The notes beneath the pieces are model-generated. The model made no database searches, was not told the origin of the DNA, and worked only from the letters and a program-made list of their open reading frames with translations. Both the position numbers and the translations under genes were made by a program. Below, in pieces: positions 41,366-51,394 of a stretch of DNA of 64,000 bases. Source of the DNA: Alphaproteobacteria bacterium. Its GTDB lineage: Bacteria > Pseudomonadota > Alphaproteobacteria > Bin95. The DNA is taken from contig CBDBGH010000003.1 in the NCBI GenBank assembly GCA_965205265.1, positions 3,968,001-4,032,000 of the forward strand. The letters are read 5' to 3'. Position 1 is the stretch's first letter. Each line of letters starts with the position of its first letter.

Positions 41366-44104
41366 CTACGCCCCGCCTTCCCCCACAAAGCCACCGACGA
41401 TCCGGCATGCCTCCGCCAGCCCAACGCGCTCCAGCGCGACGCCTTCCGGGAAGGCGCCGGCGAGGCGCGACGGCATCCTCGGGTCGAGCAGCACGAAGAC
41501 GCCCTTGTCGTCGCGGCGGCGGACGAGGCGGCCGAAAGCCTGCCTGAGCCGGAGCCGGGTCAGCATGTCGTCATAGCCGGCGCCGAAATGCGCGCGTCTG
41601 GCCTTGTGCAGGACGGTCGGGCGGGGCCAGGGCACGCGGTCGAACGCGATCAGGCGCAGCGCCCGGCCCGGCACGTCCACCCCGTCGCGCACGGCGTCCG
41701 TGCCGAGCAGGCAGGAATCGGGCTCGGCGCGGAAGATGTCGATCAGGGTCGCGACATCCATCCGGTCCACATGCTGGGCGATGAGCGGGATGCCCGCCGC
41801 GTCCAGCGGTTCCGCCAGAAGCCCGTGCACGGCGCGCAGCCGCGCAACGGCGGTGAACAGGCCGAGCGCGCCGCCGCCCGCCGCCAGGAACAGGCTGCGG
41901 CAGGCCGACGCCACCTGTGCGGCCGAGTCCCGGCGCACATCTGTCACCACCAGCGCGCGCGTCTGGGCCGGATAGTCGAAGGGGGAGGGCGCGGCGGCGC
42001 GTATGGCCGGCGCTGCCAGATGCTGCGCGCCGGTGCGCATCTCCGCCGCCTGCCAGGCCTCCTCCGGCTCGCGCGCGCTGTCGCGCAAGGTCGCGGAGGT
42101 GACGAGCAGCCCGTGGGCGGGCTCCGCCACCTCGGCGGCGAAGGGGGCCGTCGGGTCGATCCAGCGCCGGTGCATGCCGACATCGCGCTCGCGGCCCTGT
42201 GCGCGCTCCAGCCCGAACCAGTCCACGAAGGCGTCCGGCGGCTCGGCGTCGAGCGCCTCCAGCATGGCGGCCCAGGCCGCAAGCTGGGTTTCGGCGCGGC
42301 GGTGGAGGCTGCGCGCCAGCGCCTCGATGCGGATGCGCTCGCGGCTCTCGAGCTCTTCGGCCTCGTCCGCCAGCCGGGCCAGCAGCGCGCGGCGCAGCAC
42401 CCCGAGCGGCTTGCGCAGCGCTTCGAGGGCAATGCCGAGAGCGCGGGCGGCCTCGATCAGCCCCTCGACCGGAGGTCGGCACTCGCATTCGAGGCCGTAG
42501 GCGCCGTTTGCGCGCCCGGGCGCCCGCGCCAGCACCTGCCGGCGGACGATGGCGAGGAAGCGCTCCACCGCCCCCTGCGGCGCATCCCCGGCGAGGCGGC
42601 CGAGCCAGCCCTCCGCCGGGAGCACGGTCGCCGCCCGGCCGGCTTCGGCGAGTGCGTCGGCCGCCTCGCCCCCGGCCGGCACGAGGTCCTCGGCGCGGCG
42701 CTTCAGCCCTCTTGCGCGCGAACCGCCGCCCTCCGCCCCCAGCAGCCAGCGGCGCAGCTCCGCCGTCTCCAGCCCGGAAAGCTCGGCCGAGAAGGCGCTG
42801 TCGGCCGCGTCGAACAGGTGGTGGCCCTCGTCGAACACATAGCGCGTCGGCAGCCAGGCATCGTCGAGCCCGCCCAGCGCCGCCTGCACCATGACGAGCG
42901 CATGGTTGGCGATGACGAGGTCCGCCCGGCGCGCGCGCCTGATGCCGCGCTCGATGAAGCAGCGCTGGTAGTGGCCGCAGGCGGAATAGAGGCATTCGCC
43001 CCGCCGGTCGCCGAGCCCGCGTATGCGCGCCGCGCCTTCGAGGTCCGGCAGCCAGGAGGGGAAGTCGCCGCCGGTCATGTCGCCGTCGCGGGTCGCGTCC
43101 GCCCAGCGCGCGGCGAGCGCGAGCGGCACGGTCTCGTTCGGCGTGAGGCGCGCCGTCCGCACGGCTTCCTCCAGGTTGAGCAGGCAGAGATAGTTCTCCC
43201 GGCCCTTGCGCAGCACGACCCGGCGGCGCTTGGCGGCCGGGTCGGGGATCAGCCGGTCGAGCTCGCCGTCGATCTGGTGCTGGAGGTTGCGGGTATAGGT
43301 AGATATCCAGACGGGCGCCTCGTTCGCCTCCGCCCAGAGGCTCGCCGGAGCGAGATAGCCGAGCGTCTTGCCGACCCCGGTGCCGGCCTCGGCCACCACC
43401 ATATGCGGCGCGCCGGCCCGCTCTCGCGGCTGGAAAGCGCCCGCGGCGGCCGAGGCGTAGTCCGCCTGGCCCGGCCGGTCCTCGGCGTCCGGACCCAGCA
43501 TGTCCGCGAGCCGGCGGCGGGCCTCTTCGGGCTCGACCGGGCGGTTGGAGGGCTGCGGCTCCGGCGCGAATTCGGCCCAGAGCGGCAGCCGGTCCCAGAC
43601 CGCGAAGCCGGCCCCGCCGGCCGGGCGCGGCGCCGATACGCCGAGCGCCGCCAGCACGAACGGCCCCCAGAGCCAGCCCGCCTCCGCCGCATCGCTCGCA
43701 AGGTCGGCCGCAGTACCGCCCGGGTCCTCCATGCGGGCGAGCTCGGCGAGCAGCGCGCGCGCCGCGCCGAACAGCGTCTCCGCCGCGCGCTCCAGGGTCG
43801 CCGGGCGGGGCAGGCCGGCGGCGTCGGCAAGCCCGTTCGGCGTCGGCAGGCAGAACTCGGCCGGGCGCACGAAGGCGAACAGCTCCAGCAGGTCGTAGGA
43901 ACGGAACGGCCGCGCCTCCGTGTCCAGCCGCCGGGAGGTCGCCGGCCCGTGAACGGCAAGCGGCGGGCGGCCCCGCGCGCGCACCGCCGCCTCGACGGGC
44001 GCGAGCCTCTCCGGCGCGCCCTCCGGCTCCAGCCAGACGGCCCGCGCCGGGCTCGCCACCAGGGCGGGCGCGCGCGGCATGACGATGCTTCTCTCCGACG
44101 CCAT
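41366..44104 (-). CDS. dinG: DinG family ATP-dependent DNA helicase
   Basis: EAGTGVGKTLGY, KGRENYLC, Fe-S Cys cluster, VFDEGHH, TSATL, RDGVDVPG, QAFGRLVR. Confidence 0.92.
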   Translation of the reverse strand: MASERSIVMPRAPALVASPARAVWLEPEGAPERLAPVEAAVRARGRPPLAVHGPATSRRLDTEARPFRSYDLLELFAFVRPAEFCLPTPNGLADAAGLPRPATLERAAETLFGAARALLAELARMEDPGGTAADLASDAAEAGWLWGPFVLAALGVSAPRPAGGAGFAVWDRLPLWAEFAPEPQPSNRPVEPEEARRRLADMLGPDAEDRPGQADYASAAAGAFQPRERAGAPHMVVAEAGTGVGKTLGYLAPASLWAEANEAPVWISTYTRNLQHQIDGELDRLIPDPAAKRRRVVLRKGRENYLCLLNLEEAVRTARLTPNETVPLALAARWADATRDGDMTGGDFPSWLPDLEGAARIRGLGDRRGECLYSACGHYQRCFIERGIRRARRADLVIANHALVMVQAALGGLDDAWLPTRYVFDEGHHLFDAADSAFSAELSGLETAELRRWLLGAEGGGSRARGLKRRAEDLVPAGGEAADALAEAGRAATVLPAEGWLGRLAGDAPQGAVERFLAIVRRQVLARAPGRANGAYGLECECRPPVEGLIEAARALGIALEALRKPLGVLRRALLARLADEAEELESRERIRIEALARSLHRRAETQLAAWAAMLEALDAEPPDAFVDWFGLERAQGRERDVGMHRRWIDPTAPFAAEVAEPAHGLLVTSATLRDSAREPEEAWQAAEMRTGAQHLAAPAIRAAAPSPFDYPAQTRALVVTDVRRDSAAQVASACRSLFLAAGGGALGLFTAVARLRAVHGLLAEPLDAAGIPLIAQHVDRMDVATLIDIFRAEPDSCLLGTDAVRDGVDVPGRALRLIAFDRVPWPRPTVLHKARRAHFGAGYDDMLTRLRLRQAFGRLVRRRDDKGVFVLLDPRMPSRLAGAFPEGVALERVGLAEACRIVGGFVGEGGA

Positions 44105-44281
44105 GCCGGGTTTGTAGAGCGGTTCCGCGAAAGAGCGAAACGGGTTCGGTATCCAGGTACGGCTCAGCAGCCCGGGGCGGCGTGGCAGCCCGCTTGAGAT
44201 ATGCCCGGGATAGTTTGTAAAGCCTCGTTGTTCTCTGCCAAATTGCAGGCGCGCTGGAATGGCGGCGACCGGAGGAGATTC

Positions 44282-45180
44282 ATGCGTTTCACGGCAGCAG
44301 CGGCGCTTCTGTTTCTTGCTGCGTGTGTCACCATCGAAGACCCGCCCCGGCCTGCTACCGTGACCGCTCTTCTCAAGACAGATACCGATAGCGGCATTCC
44401 TCGACGCAAGCTGAGCCGCGAGAGAACGAACAAAACAGATCAGCATGGAAATCATCAACGAAGGGGCCCCCACTCTTCTTTCGCGACTTCTCCCTACGGT
44501 CGAATCCTGCGAAACTGAAATCGAAGTGACCACGCGCGATGAACTGAACCGCCGAGACCGGCGCTACAAATCGCCCACCGAAGTCGAGGCGATAGTCCGA
44601 TCGCGCCGGAACCCCAACCTGCTACAACCGAAAGACCTTCCATACCGCCAGAAACCGGGACTCAGCGCCGACCTCAAAGCACTGATGGAGCGCAACAGAC
44701 TGATAGACCTCGAACGACGCAAACAGCGCACCCGGCGCACGACAGAGACATAAAATGGGCCCTCGTCGCGAAGGCTGTCGGTGTCGATCCGCCGGCCGGT
44801 CCGGTGCGGTTCGTACATCCTTCCGAGGTTTTCGTCATCGGAAAGAAGGCGCCAGAGGACGGCCGGGACGTAGAGAAGGCAGTTTCGATCCTGAATGCGG
44901 TTCTGCCGCTGTCACATCGCATCCATTTCGACCGAACAGCGTCCAAAGGCGCAGAACCGGGCGCGCCTCGCGAGGGCGTTGTGCTTGTCGGCTTCCTTCC
45001 ACGGGAGGAGTGGTCTCCTGAATTACAGAAACGCCCCCTTCTCGCGCCGGGTCCGGATTCCGTCGGACTCGCACTGCCCTTCCAGCCGCTCGGCAAGCCC
45101 ATTCATCGCATCGAGGGCGGCATCATACTGGCCGATTCCGCTCATATCAGAGGCAATCCAGGGACGTGCGGAACGTCGTT
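44282..45180 (+). pseudogene. Degraded lipoprotein gene (frameshifts, internal stop, 3' truncated)
   Basis: GGAGGAG RBS, MRFTAAAALLFLAAC lipobox; protein-like segments continue in shifted frames (44445-44750, 44750-45160); lower GC than flanks. Confidence 0.5.
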
Positions 45181-45248
45181 GGCCTGCTTTGCAGCCGGGC
45201 CGGCAACCTGTAGGTTGCGCCCGCCCCCGCTCCGGAGCCGCCTGTCCC

Positions 45249-46820
45249 ATGTCCGTCGAAGCTGCAAGCTCTGCCCGCGCCTGGCCGTTCGAGGAAGCGC
45301 GCAAGCTGCTGGCGCGGCTGGACGGACACGCGCCGGACAAGGGCTATGCGCTGTTCGAGACCGGCTACGGCCCCTCCGGCCTGCCGCATATCGGCACCTT
45401 CGGCGAGGTGGCGCGCACGGCCATGGTGCGCCGCGCCTTTGCGGAGCTCTCGGATATCCCGACGCGGCTGTTCGCCTTCTCGGACGACATGGACGGCCTG
45501 CGCCGCGTGCCGGACAATGTGCCGAACGCCGGGGCGCTGGAAGTCCATCTCGGCAAGCCGCTGACCTCGGTGCCGGACCCCTTCGGAACGCATGAGAACT
45601 TCGGCGCGCACAACAATGCCCGGCTCCGCGCCTTCCTCGACCGTTTCGGCTTCGACTACGAATTCGTGAGCGCGACCGAATGCTACCGCTCCGGCCGGTT
45701 CGACGAGGCGCTGCTCGGCGTGCTCAGGGCTTATGAGAAGGTGATGGAAATCGTGCTGCCGACCTTGGGGCCGGAGCGCCGGGAGACCTACAGTCCCTTC
45801 CTGCCGGTATGCCCGGAAACGGGCGTCGTGCTGCAGGTGCCCATCCTCCACCGCGACCCGGACGCGGGCACCGTCGTCTATGAGGACGGGAACGGCCGGC
45901 GGGTCGAGCAGCCGGTCACGGGCGGGCAGTGCAAGCTGCAATGGAAGGCCGACTGGGCGATGCGCTGGCGCGCGCTCGACGTGGACTACGAGATGGCGGG
46001 CAAGGACCTGATCGATTCTGTCCGCCTCTCCGGGCGCATCTGCCGCGCGCTCGGCGGCCGGCCGCCGGAGGGCTTCATCTACGAGCTTTTCCTCGACGAA
46101 CGCGGCGAGAAGATCTCCAAGTCCCGGGGCAACGGCCTCTCCATCGAGGAATGGCTGACCTATGCGCCGGAGGAGAGCCTGGCGCTCTTCATGTTCCAGA
46201 AGCCGAAGGCGGCGAAGCGGCTCTATTTCGACGTCATCCCGCGCGCCGTGGACGATTACCGCGCTTTCCTGGAGCGCGCCGCCGGCGAGGCAGAAGACAA
46301 GCGGCTGGAAAACCCGGCCTGGCATATCCACGGCGGCGCCCCGCCGGCCCCGGAGGAGGGCATTTCCTTCTCGCTGCTGCTCAACCTGGCGGCGGCCAGC
46401 GATGCGCGGGACAAAGACGCGCTCTGGGGCTTCATCTCGCGCTACGACCCGGAGGCCTCGCCGGAGACGCGGCCCGAGCTGGACCGGCTGGCGGACTTCG
46501 CCATTGCCTATTGCCGCGATTTCGTGGCCCCCGAGAAGGTCTGGCGCGACCCGGACGCAAAGGAAGCGGCGGCGCTGGCGGAGCTCGCCGACCGGCTGGC
46601 GGCGCTCCCGCGCGATGCCGACGGCGAGACCGTGCAGGCGGAAGTCTATGCGGTCGGCAAGGCACACGGTTTCGAGCCGCTGCGGGCCTGGTTCGCCGCC
46701 CTCTACGAAGTCCTGCTCGGGCGCAAGCAGGGGCCGCGCTTCGGCTCCTTCGCCGCGCTTTACGGGCTGGCCGAGACCGAGACGATGATCCGCAGCGCGC
46801 TCGCCCGGAACGCCGCGTGA
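45249..46820 (+). CDS. lysS: Lysine--tRNA ligase, class I
   Basis: [22 protein letters not shown] (HIGH-like), [16 protein letters not shown] (KMSKS-like), GPRFGSF. Confidence 0.96.
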   Translation: MSVEAASSARAWPFEEARKLLARLDGHAPDKGYALFETGYGPSGLPHIGTFGEVARTAMVRRAFAELSDIPTRLFAFSDDMDGLRRVPDNVPNAGALEVHLGKPLTSVPDPFGTHENFGAHNNARLRAFLDRFGFDYEFVSATECYRSGRFDEALLGVLRAYEKVMEIVLPTLGPERRETYSPFLPVCPETGVVLQVPILHRDPDAGTVVYEDGNGRRVEQPVTGGQCKLQWKADWAMRWRALDVDYEMAGKDLIDSVRLSGRICRALGGRPPEGFIYELFLDERGEKISKSRGNGLSIEEWLTYAPEESLALFMFQKPKAAKRLYFDVIPRAVDDYRAFLERAAGEAEDKRLENPAWHIHGGAPPAPEEGISFSLLLNLAAASDARDKDALWGFISRYDPEASPETRPELDRLADFAIAYCRDFVAPEKVWRDPDAKEAAALAELADRLAALPRDADGETVQAEVYAVGKAHGFEPLRAWFAALYEVLLGRKQGPRFGSFAALYGLAETETMIRSALARNAA

Positions 46821-47701
46821 CACCCGCTCTGCCGGCGGGTTTCCGCATCGGTGCGGGCCCGCGCATCCCGCTCGGCAGGGGCCATGCGGTCTCGCGCGGC
46901 TGGACGAAGGCGACCGGCGGGCGGCCGATGGGCGTCACCTGGCACTGGACGGCGACGCGCGACCTCGCGGCCTGCGACCGGCTGCTCGGCGGCGCGGCGC
47001 CCGAACGCAAGGGGCAGGCCTCGGCGCATTACGCCGTCGGGCGCAGCTTCGCCGAGGGCGTGTCGCGCTATGTCTCGCTCTCCGACCGCTCCTGGCATGC
47101 GGGCGTCGAGCAGAAATTGCGCTGGGACGGCCGGCCCTCGACGACCCGCACCAAGGGCGCGCGCGCCTGCATCGGCGTCGAGACGGTGAATATCGGCTAT
47201 GCGCGCGAGGGCGTGCCGGCGGGCCCCGACTGGATCGAGGCCGCGACGCCGGACGGGCGCCATGTGTACCGGGTCCAGCCCTGGACGGAGGAGCAGATCG
47301 CCATGATGGCGGCGGTGGGCCGGGAGATCGCCGCCCGCTGGCCGGGGATCGGACCGCGCGACCATCACGGCCATCACGACCTCTGCCCCGCATACAAGCA
47401 GGACGTGCTGGGCTTCCCCTTCGCCCGCCTGCTGCGCGCCATCTACGGCGACCCGGACATTCCGGATGTGTGGTCGGAGGTCTGGATGCCGGAGGGCCGC
47501 CAGCGCGCGCTCGCCCGGCTCGGTTTCGCGCCGGGCCCCGTGGACGGCGTCTGGGGCCCGCGCTCCGACGCCGCGCTCCGCGCCCTGCAAGCCGCCGCCG
47601 GCCTCGTGGTCAACGGCTGGTGGACCACATGGGTCTGCTGGGCCGTCCATGACATGGGAGCGGGCGGCCGAGCGGCGGTCAGTCCCCCACGAGCGGTGTG
47701 A
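46817..47701 (+). CDS. N-acetylmuramoyl-L-alanine amidase (Amidase_2) with C-terminal peptidoglycan-binding domain
   Basis: HWTA, SAHY, SWHAG, IGVE, GHHDLCP..KQD Zn-amidase motifs; [28 protein letters not shown]; GTG overlaps lysS stop. Confidence 0.82.
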   Translation: MTPALPAGFRIGAGPRIPLGRGHAVSRGWTKATGGRPMGVTWHWTATRDLAACDRLLGGAAPERKGQASAHYAVGRSFAEGVSRYVSLSDRSWHAGVEQKLRWDGRPSTTRTKGARACIGVETVNIGYAREGVPAGPDWIEAATPDGRHVYRVQPWTEEQIAMMAAVGREIAARWPGIGPRDHHGHHDLCPAYKQDVLGFPFARLLRAIYGDPDIPDVWSEVWMPEGRQRALARLGFAPGPVDGVWGPRSDAALRALQAAAGLVVNGWWTTWVCWAVHDMGAGGRAAVSPPRAV

Positions 47702-48428
47702 AATCGCCGCCGGTCATCGGTTCGTGCGTTTCCCAGCGCCCGTTCATCTCGACCAAGATGCGCTGGTTCGCCGGGTCGGGCGGTCTGTTGACCCGTACGA
47801 TCCTCGCCCTGTATTCGCCCGAAGACTCGGCCATCGCCGCAGCCAAGTCCCGAATCAGGTAACGCGGAGCCCAGCCGATCATGTGGTACTCGGCTGTCTG
47901 AATCTGGATAGCGAGCCGTCCTACCGGATTGTTCAGCTCAAGCGCGATCTGTAGCTCCTCGTCAGCCTCGAGGCTGTCGATACGACGGCGCGCCGCCTCG
48001 GATACGTATCGCCAGCCATGGACGAAGAAGCGGCATGAGAACCGGCCGTCGAGGCCTTTGTCGAGCTTTGGGAAAACCTCATAGCGGTCCGTGGCCCGTT
48101 GTCCGCCGCTGACGGAAAGCAGCTCTACCGGGTCGGCGGATTTGTCCAATGCGAGCATGCGAACATAGTCGGGAAAATCGGGCCGCCGCGGCGACATGAC
48201 ACGGTTCCGGAAGGTGGGGAAGAGATCGTCGCCGCGATAATCGCCCTCAATATCGGGAAACTCGGCGGCCAACGGCCAGGCGGCTTCTTCCTGCGCCCGC
48301 CGTGCGCCCTCGATATACCGGAACCGGTAGCTGGGAGCGTCGGTGTCCGCATCCAGACGGCCGACCGGAAACCAGCGCCGGGTCTCGCCGGCGTCTTGCC
48401 ATGCCAAAAAGAGGGTTCTCTCGCTCAT
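47679..48428 (-). CDS. HipS-like + HIRAN domain protein, putative antitoxin
   Basis: N-terminal LFLAWQ..RRWFPVGRL..YRFRY..LFPTFRNR; C-terminal FFVHGWRY..ELNNP..AIQI..IGWAPRY; overlaps kinase stop. Confidence 0.78.
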   Translation of the reverse strand: MSERTLFLAWQDAGETRRWFPVGRLDADTDAPSYRFRYIEGARRAQEEAAWPLAAEFPDIEGDYRGDDLFPTFRNRVMSPRRPDFPDYVRMLALDKSADPVELLSVSGGQRATDRYEVFPKLDKGLDGRFSCRFFVHGWRYVSEAARRRIDSLEADEELQIALELNNPVGRLAIQIQTAEYHMIGWAPRYLIRDLAAAMAESSGEYRARIVRVNRPPDPANQRILVEMNGRWETHEPMTGGDFTPLVGD

Positions 48429-49321
48429 CGGACAAGTTTCCTCAGTTCGTCGAGATTGTAACCCATAAGCGCGACGGCGAAATCCCGGGCGGTTCGTGAC
48501 ATCCAGCCGTCGGGAATGCGACTGACAATCCGTTGGACGTCATCGGCGCTCGTTTCGGCCGCCCTCTTCAGCGCCGGCGCAAACAGGGTCGGGCGGTCCC
48601 CGACACAGCGACGAACCAGCGCAAGAGGGCTCGGCGCGCGCTTGTCGGTGTGCGACGAGTAGATGCCCCCGCGTCCCCTTTCCGAATAGTCCCCGAAGCG
48701 GTCTTCCTTCAGCAGACGCAGCCGCCTTTCGTCCGAAAGCTCCCGCCCCAAGGAAGAGGCGTGATCGAAGGATGGAGCCAGGTAGCCCAGATAGCTCTGC
48801 CCGACGCGCCTGACGAGGATCCCCCAATTTTCGTGATGCCGGTCGGTATTCCCGATAATGGCGTCCAGAACCAGATATCCTGCGAAATCCCGGCTTGCCC
48901 GCGAAGCTGCTGTCGCTCCAACGAAAATGCGTTCCAATGTCTGCAGTATATTGCCAAGCGTGTGCTGCGACTGCCCGAACCTTTGTTCTTGATCGTAGCC
49001 GGAGACCGTTTTTGCAAGCAATTCGTTGCCATGGCGCAGTTCTCGCCGGTTGCGGGCAAAGGTTTCCGTTGCCGAACCCCGTTCCCCGTCAAGCTCCGCC
49101 AGTTCGACCCTGCCATGGGACACATTCAAAAGTGCCGCGATCTCCGCTGCAATCTTTTCCGACCAGTGTTCTCCGGTATCCTTGCGAGGAAACTTGAACA
49201 ACCACCGATGGTTGTCTTCGGGCATCCGGTACCAGAATTTGACTTTCGTGCCCATCGCCTCGCTGTCCAGCTTCCACCCGGCATCGACTGTTACGACAGG
49301 ATAGGGACAGGAAGACGACAT
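48425..49321 (-). CDS. HipA-like Ser/Thr kinase core domain
   Basis: GTKVKFW, LFKF..GEHWSEKIA, DAIIGNTDRHHENWG, LAPSFDHASSLG; lower GC than flanks. Confidence 0.88.
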   Translation of the reverse strand: MSSSCPYPVVTVDAGWKLDSEAMGTKVKFWYRMPEDNHRWLFKFPRKDTGEHWSEKIAAEIAALLNVSHGRVELAELDGERGSATETFARNRRELRHGNELLAKTVSGYDQEQRFGQSQHTLGNILQTLERIFVGATAASRASRDFAGYLVLDAIIGNTDRHHENWGILVRRVGQSYLGYLAPSFDHASSLGRELSDERRLRLLKEDRFGDYSERGRGGIYSSHTDKRAPSPLALVRRCVGDRPTLFAPALKRAAETSADDVQRIVSRIPDGWMSRTARDFAVALMGYNLDELRKLVR

Positions 49322-49348
49322 GCTGCGGTTCAGGCTTTGCGATAGCTT

Positions 49349-50032
49349 TCAGAACGGGACGCCGAGGGCTTCGGAGAGGAAACGGACGAAGGGGCCGCCT
49401 GAGCGCGCGATGCCGGCGAAGCGGTCGAGGAAATCCGGTTCGACGGCTTCCGCCTCCGAAATCTCGGCCCGGGCGATGAAGTCCTTGCGCTTCAGGTCCC
49501 CGATAAGCGGATGGCCGACGTCGTAGCCGCGCGGCGGGCGCTTGAGGGACTCGCCCATCAGCGCGAAGGTCTCGCCGAAGGAGGTGCCGGTGACCCGCCT
49601 CCACAGCCGGGGCTTGCCGGCTATGGCCTCGCGGATGGCGCCCACCGCCTCGCCGCCGGGACGCCAGATGCCGCAGCCCGCGAAGCAGCGGCCGGGCTCC
49701 AGATGCAGGTAGAAGCCGGGCGCATGCGCGTCCCTGCCGGCCACATGGCGGAAATGCGCGCCGACATTGGTCTTGTAGGGCGTCTTGTCGCGCGAGAAGC
49801 GCGTGTCGCGGTAGATGCGGAACAGCGAGCCTCCGTTCGCCCTCGGATCGGCGCGGAAATGCGGGCTGATCTCCGCCAGCGGCTCGCCGAAGGCGGCGAT
49901 GAAGTCCAGCATCGGGTCGCGGACTTGCCCGATATAGCGCTCCCGGTTCGCCTCGAACCACGCCCGGTCGTTGTTCTCCTTCAACTCGCGCAGGAAGTCG
50001 AACAGCGCGGGCGGAATCGCGGGTGCCGTCAC
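49349..50032 (-). CDS. DUF2461 family protein
   Basis: FLRELKENNDRAWF, FRIYRDTRFSRDKTPYKT, GFYLHLEP, LKRPPRGY. Confidence 0.88.
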   Translation of the reverse strand: MTAPAIPPALFDFLRELKENNDRAWFEANRERYIGQVRDPMLDFIAAFGEPLAEISPHFRADPRANGGSLFRIYRDTRFSRDKTPYKTNVGAHFRHVAGRDAHAPGFYLHLEPGRCFAGCGIWRPGGEAVGAIREAIAGKPRLWRRVTGTSFGETFALMGESLKRPPRGYDVGHPLIGDLKRKDFIARAEISEAEAVEPDFLDRFAGIARSGGPFVRFLSEALGVPF

Positions 50033-50048
50033 CGTTGCGCCCCCGCCC

Positions 50049-50969
50049 CTACCCGTCCGCCTTGAGCACGGCGTCGATGGCGGCCTTGTCCACCTCGATC
50101 TCGACGCCGGCGCGCTCCTGCTGGAGGAGGAGGAAGGCGCGCGAGTCGCGGTCGCCCCAGCCGCGGCCGAGCGCCTCGCTCATCTCGGCGCGGGTCATGT
50201 CGATGAGCCGCATCGGCACGCCCATGTCGCGGCCGAGTTCGGCCGCGAGCGAGATGTCCTTGTGCGCGAGCCGGAGCGCGAAGTCCGGCGGGTCGTAGTC
50301 ATTGGGCAGGAAATGGTCGGCCAGGCTGTCGAAGCCGCGCTGGCGGCCGCGCACGCCCTGGCGGATCGCCTCCCAGAGCGCGAGCGGCTCCACCCCGGCC
50401 TTGACACCGACGGTGAACATCTCGACCACCGCGGCCTGCATCGCATAGGCGGAGGCATTGTGGACGAGCTTGGTGACCGCGCCCGCGCCGAGCGGGCCGA
50501 CATGGCGCACCTGGTCGCCCATCGCGTCGAGGGGCGCGCGGTTCGCCTCGAACACCGCCTTGTCGCCGCCGACCAGCACGGCGAGCTTGCCCGACTGCGC
50601 GCCGCGCGGGCCTCCGCTCACCGGCGCGTCGAACAGCTCCGCGCCGATCTCCGCGAAGGCCGGATGCAGGCGGCGGATCGTCACCGGGGAGTTGGTGGTG
50701 AGATCGAACCAGACCTTGCCCTTGGCGAAGCCTGCCAGAAGCTCCGGCGCGACCGCCTCCACCTCGGGCGGGCCGGGCAGCGAGGTCAGCACCACGTCCG
50801 AGGCTTCGGCGACTGCGCGCGCGCTTTCTGCCCATGCAGCCCCGGCCGCTTCCAATGCGCTCGCCGCCTGGCGGTTCAGGTCGTGGACGGTCATCTCGAA
50901 ACCCGCCTTGCGGATATTGAGCGCCATGGGCCCGCCCATGGTGCCGAGGCCGATAAATCCGATATGCAC
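50049..50969 (-). CDS. NAD(P)-dependent beta-hydroxyacid dehydrogenase (3-hydroxyisobutyrate/2-hydroxy-3-oxopropionate reductase family)
   Basis: IGFIGLGTMG, DAPVSGG, KLVHN, FALRLAHKD; GTG start with GAGGGG RBS. Confidence 0.9.
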   Translation of the reverse strand: MHIGFIGLGTMGGPMALNIRKAGFEMTVHDLNRQAASALEAAGAAWAESARAVAEASDVVLTSLPGPPEVEAVAPELLAGFAKGKVWFDLTTNSPVTIRRLHPAFAEIGAELFDAPVSGGPRGAQSGKLAVLVGGDKAVFEANRAPLDAMGDQVRHVGPLGAGAVTKLVHNASAYAMQAAVVEMFTVGVKAGVEPLALWEAIRQGVRGRQRGFDSLADHFLPNDYDPPDFALRLAHKDISLAAELGRDMGVPMRLIDMTRAEMSEALGRGWGDRDSRAFLLLQQERAGVEIEVDKAAIDAVLKADG

Positions 50970-51038
50970 GGTTTCCCCTCCCGTCGGGCGGCCCCACCGG
51001 CCGGCCTGTCTCAATGCGGCCGTCGGCGGCCGCCGGTC

Positions 51039-51386
51039 TCAATCGTGGTCGCTGCGGTGCAGGATAGAGCCGGCGATGCCGGTTTCGTAGTCCCTGCCGG
51101 CGACCGTCAGCACGGTGCGCCCGCCGGCTTGGCGCACCAGCCCCCGCCGGGTCAACGCAACGAATACGGAGCGGTTGGCGAGCCCAGTGGTGTCGCGCGC
51201 GAACACGACATAGGGCCCGAGATGGAAGTGGTTGCCATGGGCGGGCGGCATGGAGGCGATCGCGGTTTCGCCTTCCTCGGGCCCGGGCGTCGCGTAACGC
51301 GGCAGTTCGGCGAGCGCCTGCAACAGCGCGAGCGTCTTGCATTGCAGGCGGTTGAGCTTGAGCGGATTGGGGCGGGCTGCGGACAT
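51039..51386 (-). CDS. Hypothetical protein with HGNHFH motif and winged-helix-like C-terminus
   Basis: 115 aa, 8 nt after the pgm stop; NPLKLNRLQ, HGNHFH, ALTRRGLV..LTVAGRDY. Confidence 0.75.
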   Translation of the reverse strand: MSAARPNPLKLNRLQCKTLALLQALAELPRYATPGPEEGETAIASMPPAHGNHFHLGPYVVFARDTTGLANRSVFVALTRRGLVRQAGGRTVLTVAGRDYETGIAGSILHRSDHD

Positions 51387-51394
51387 GGGCTGTC

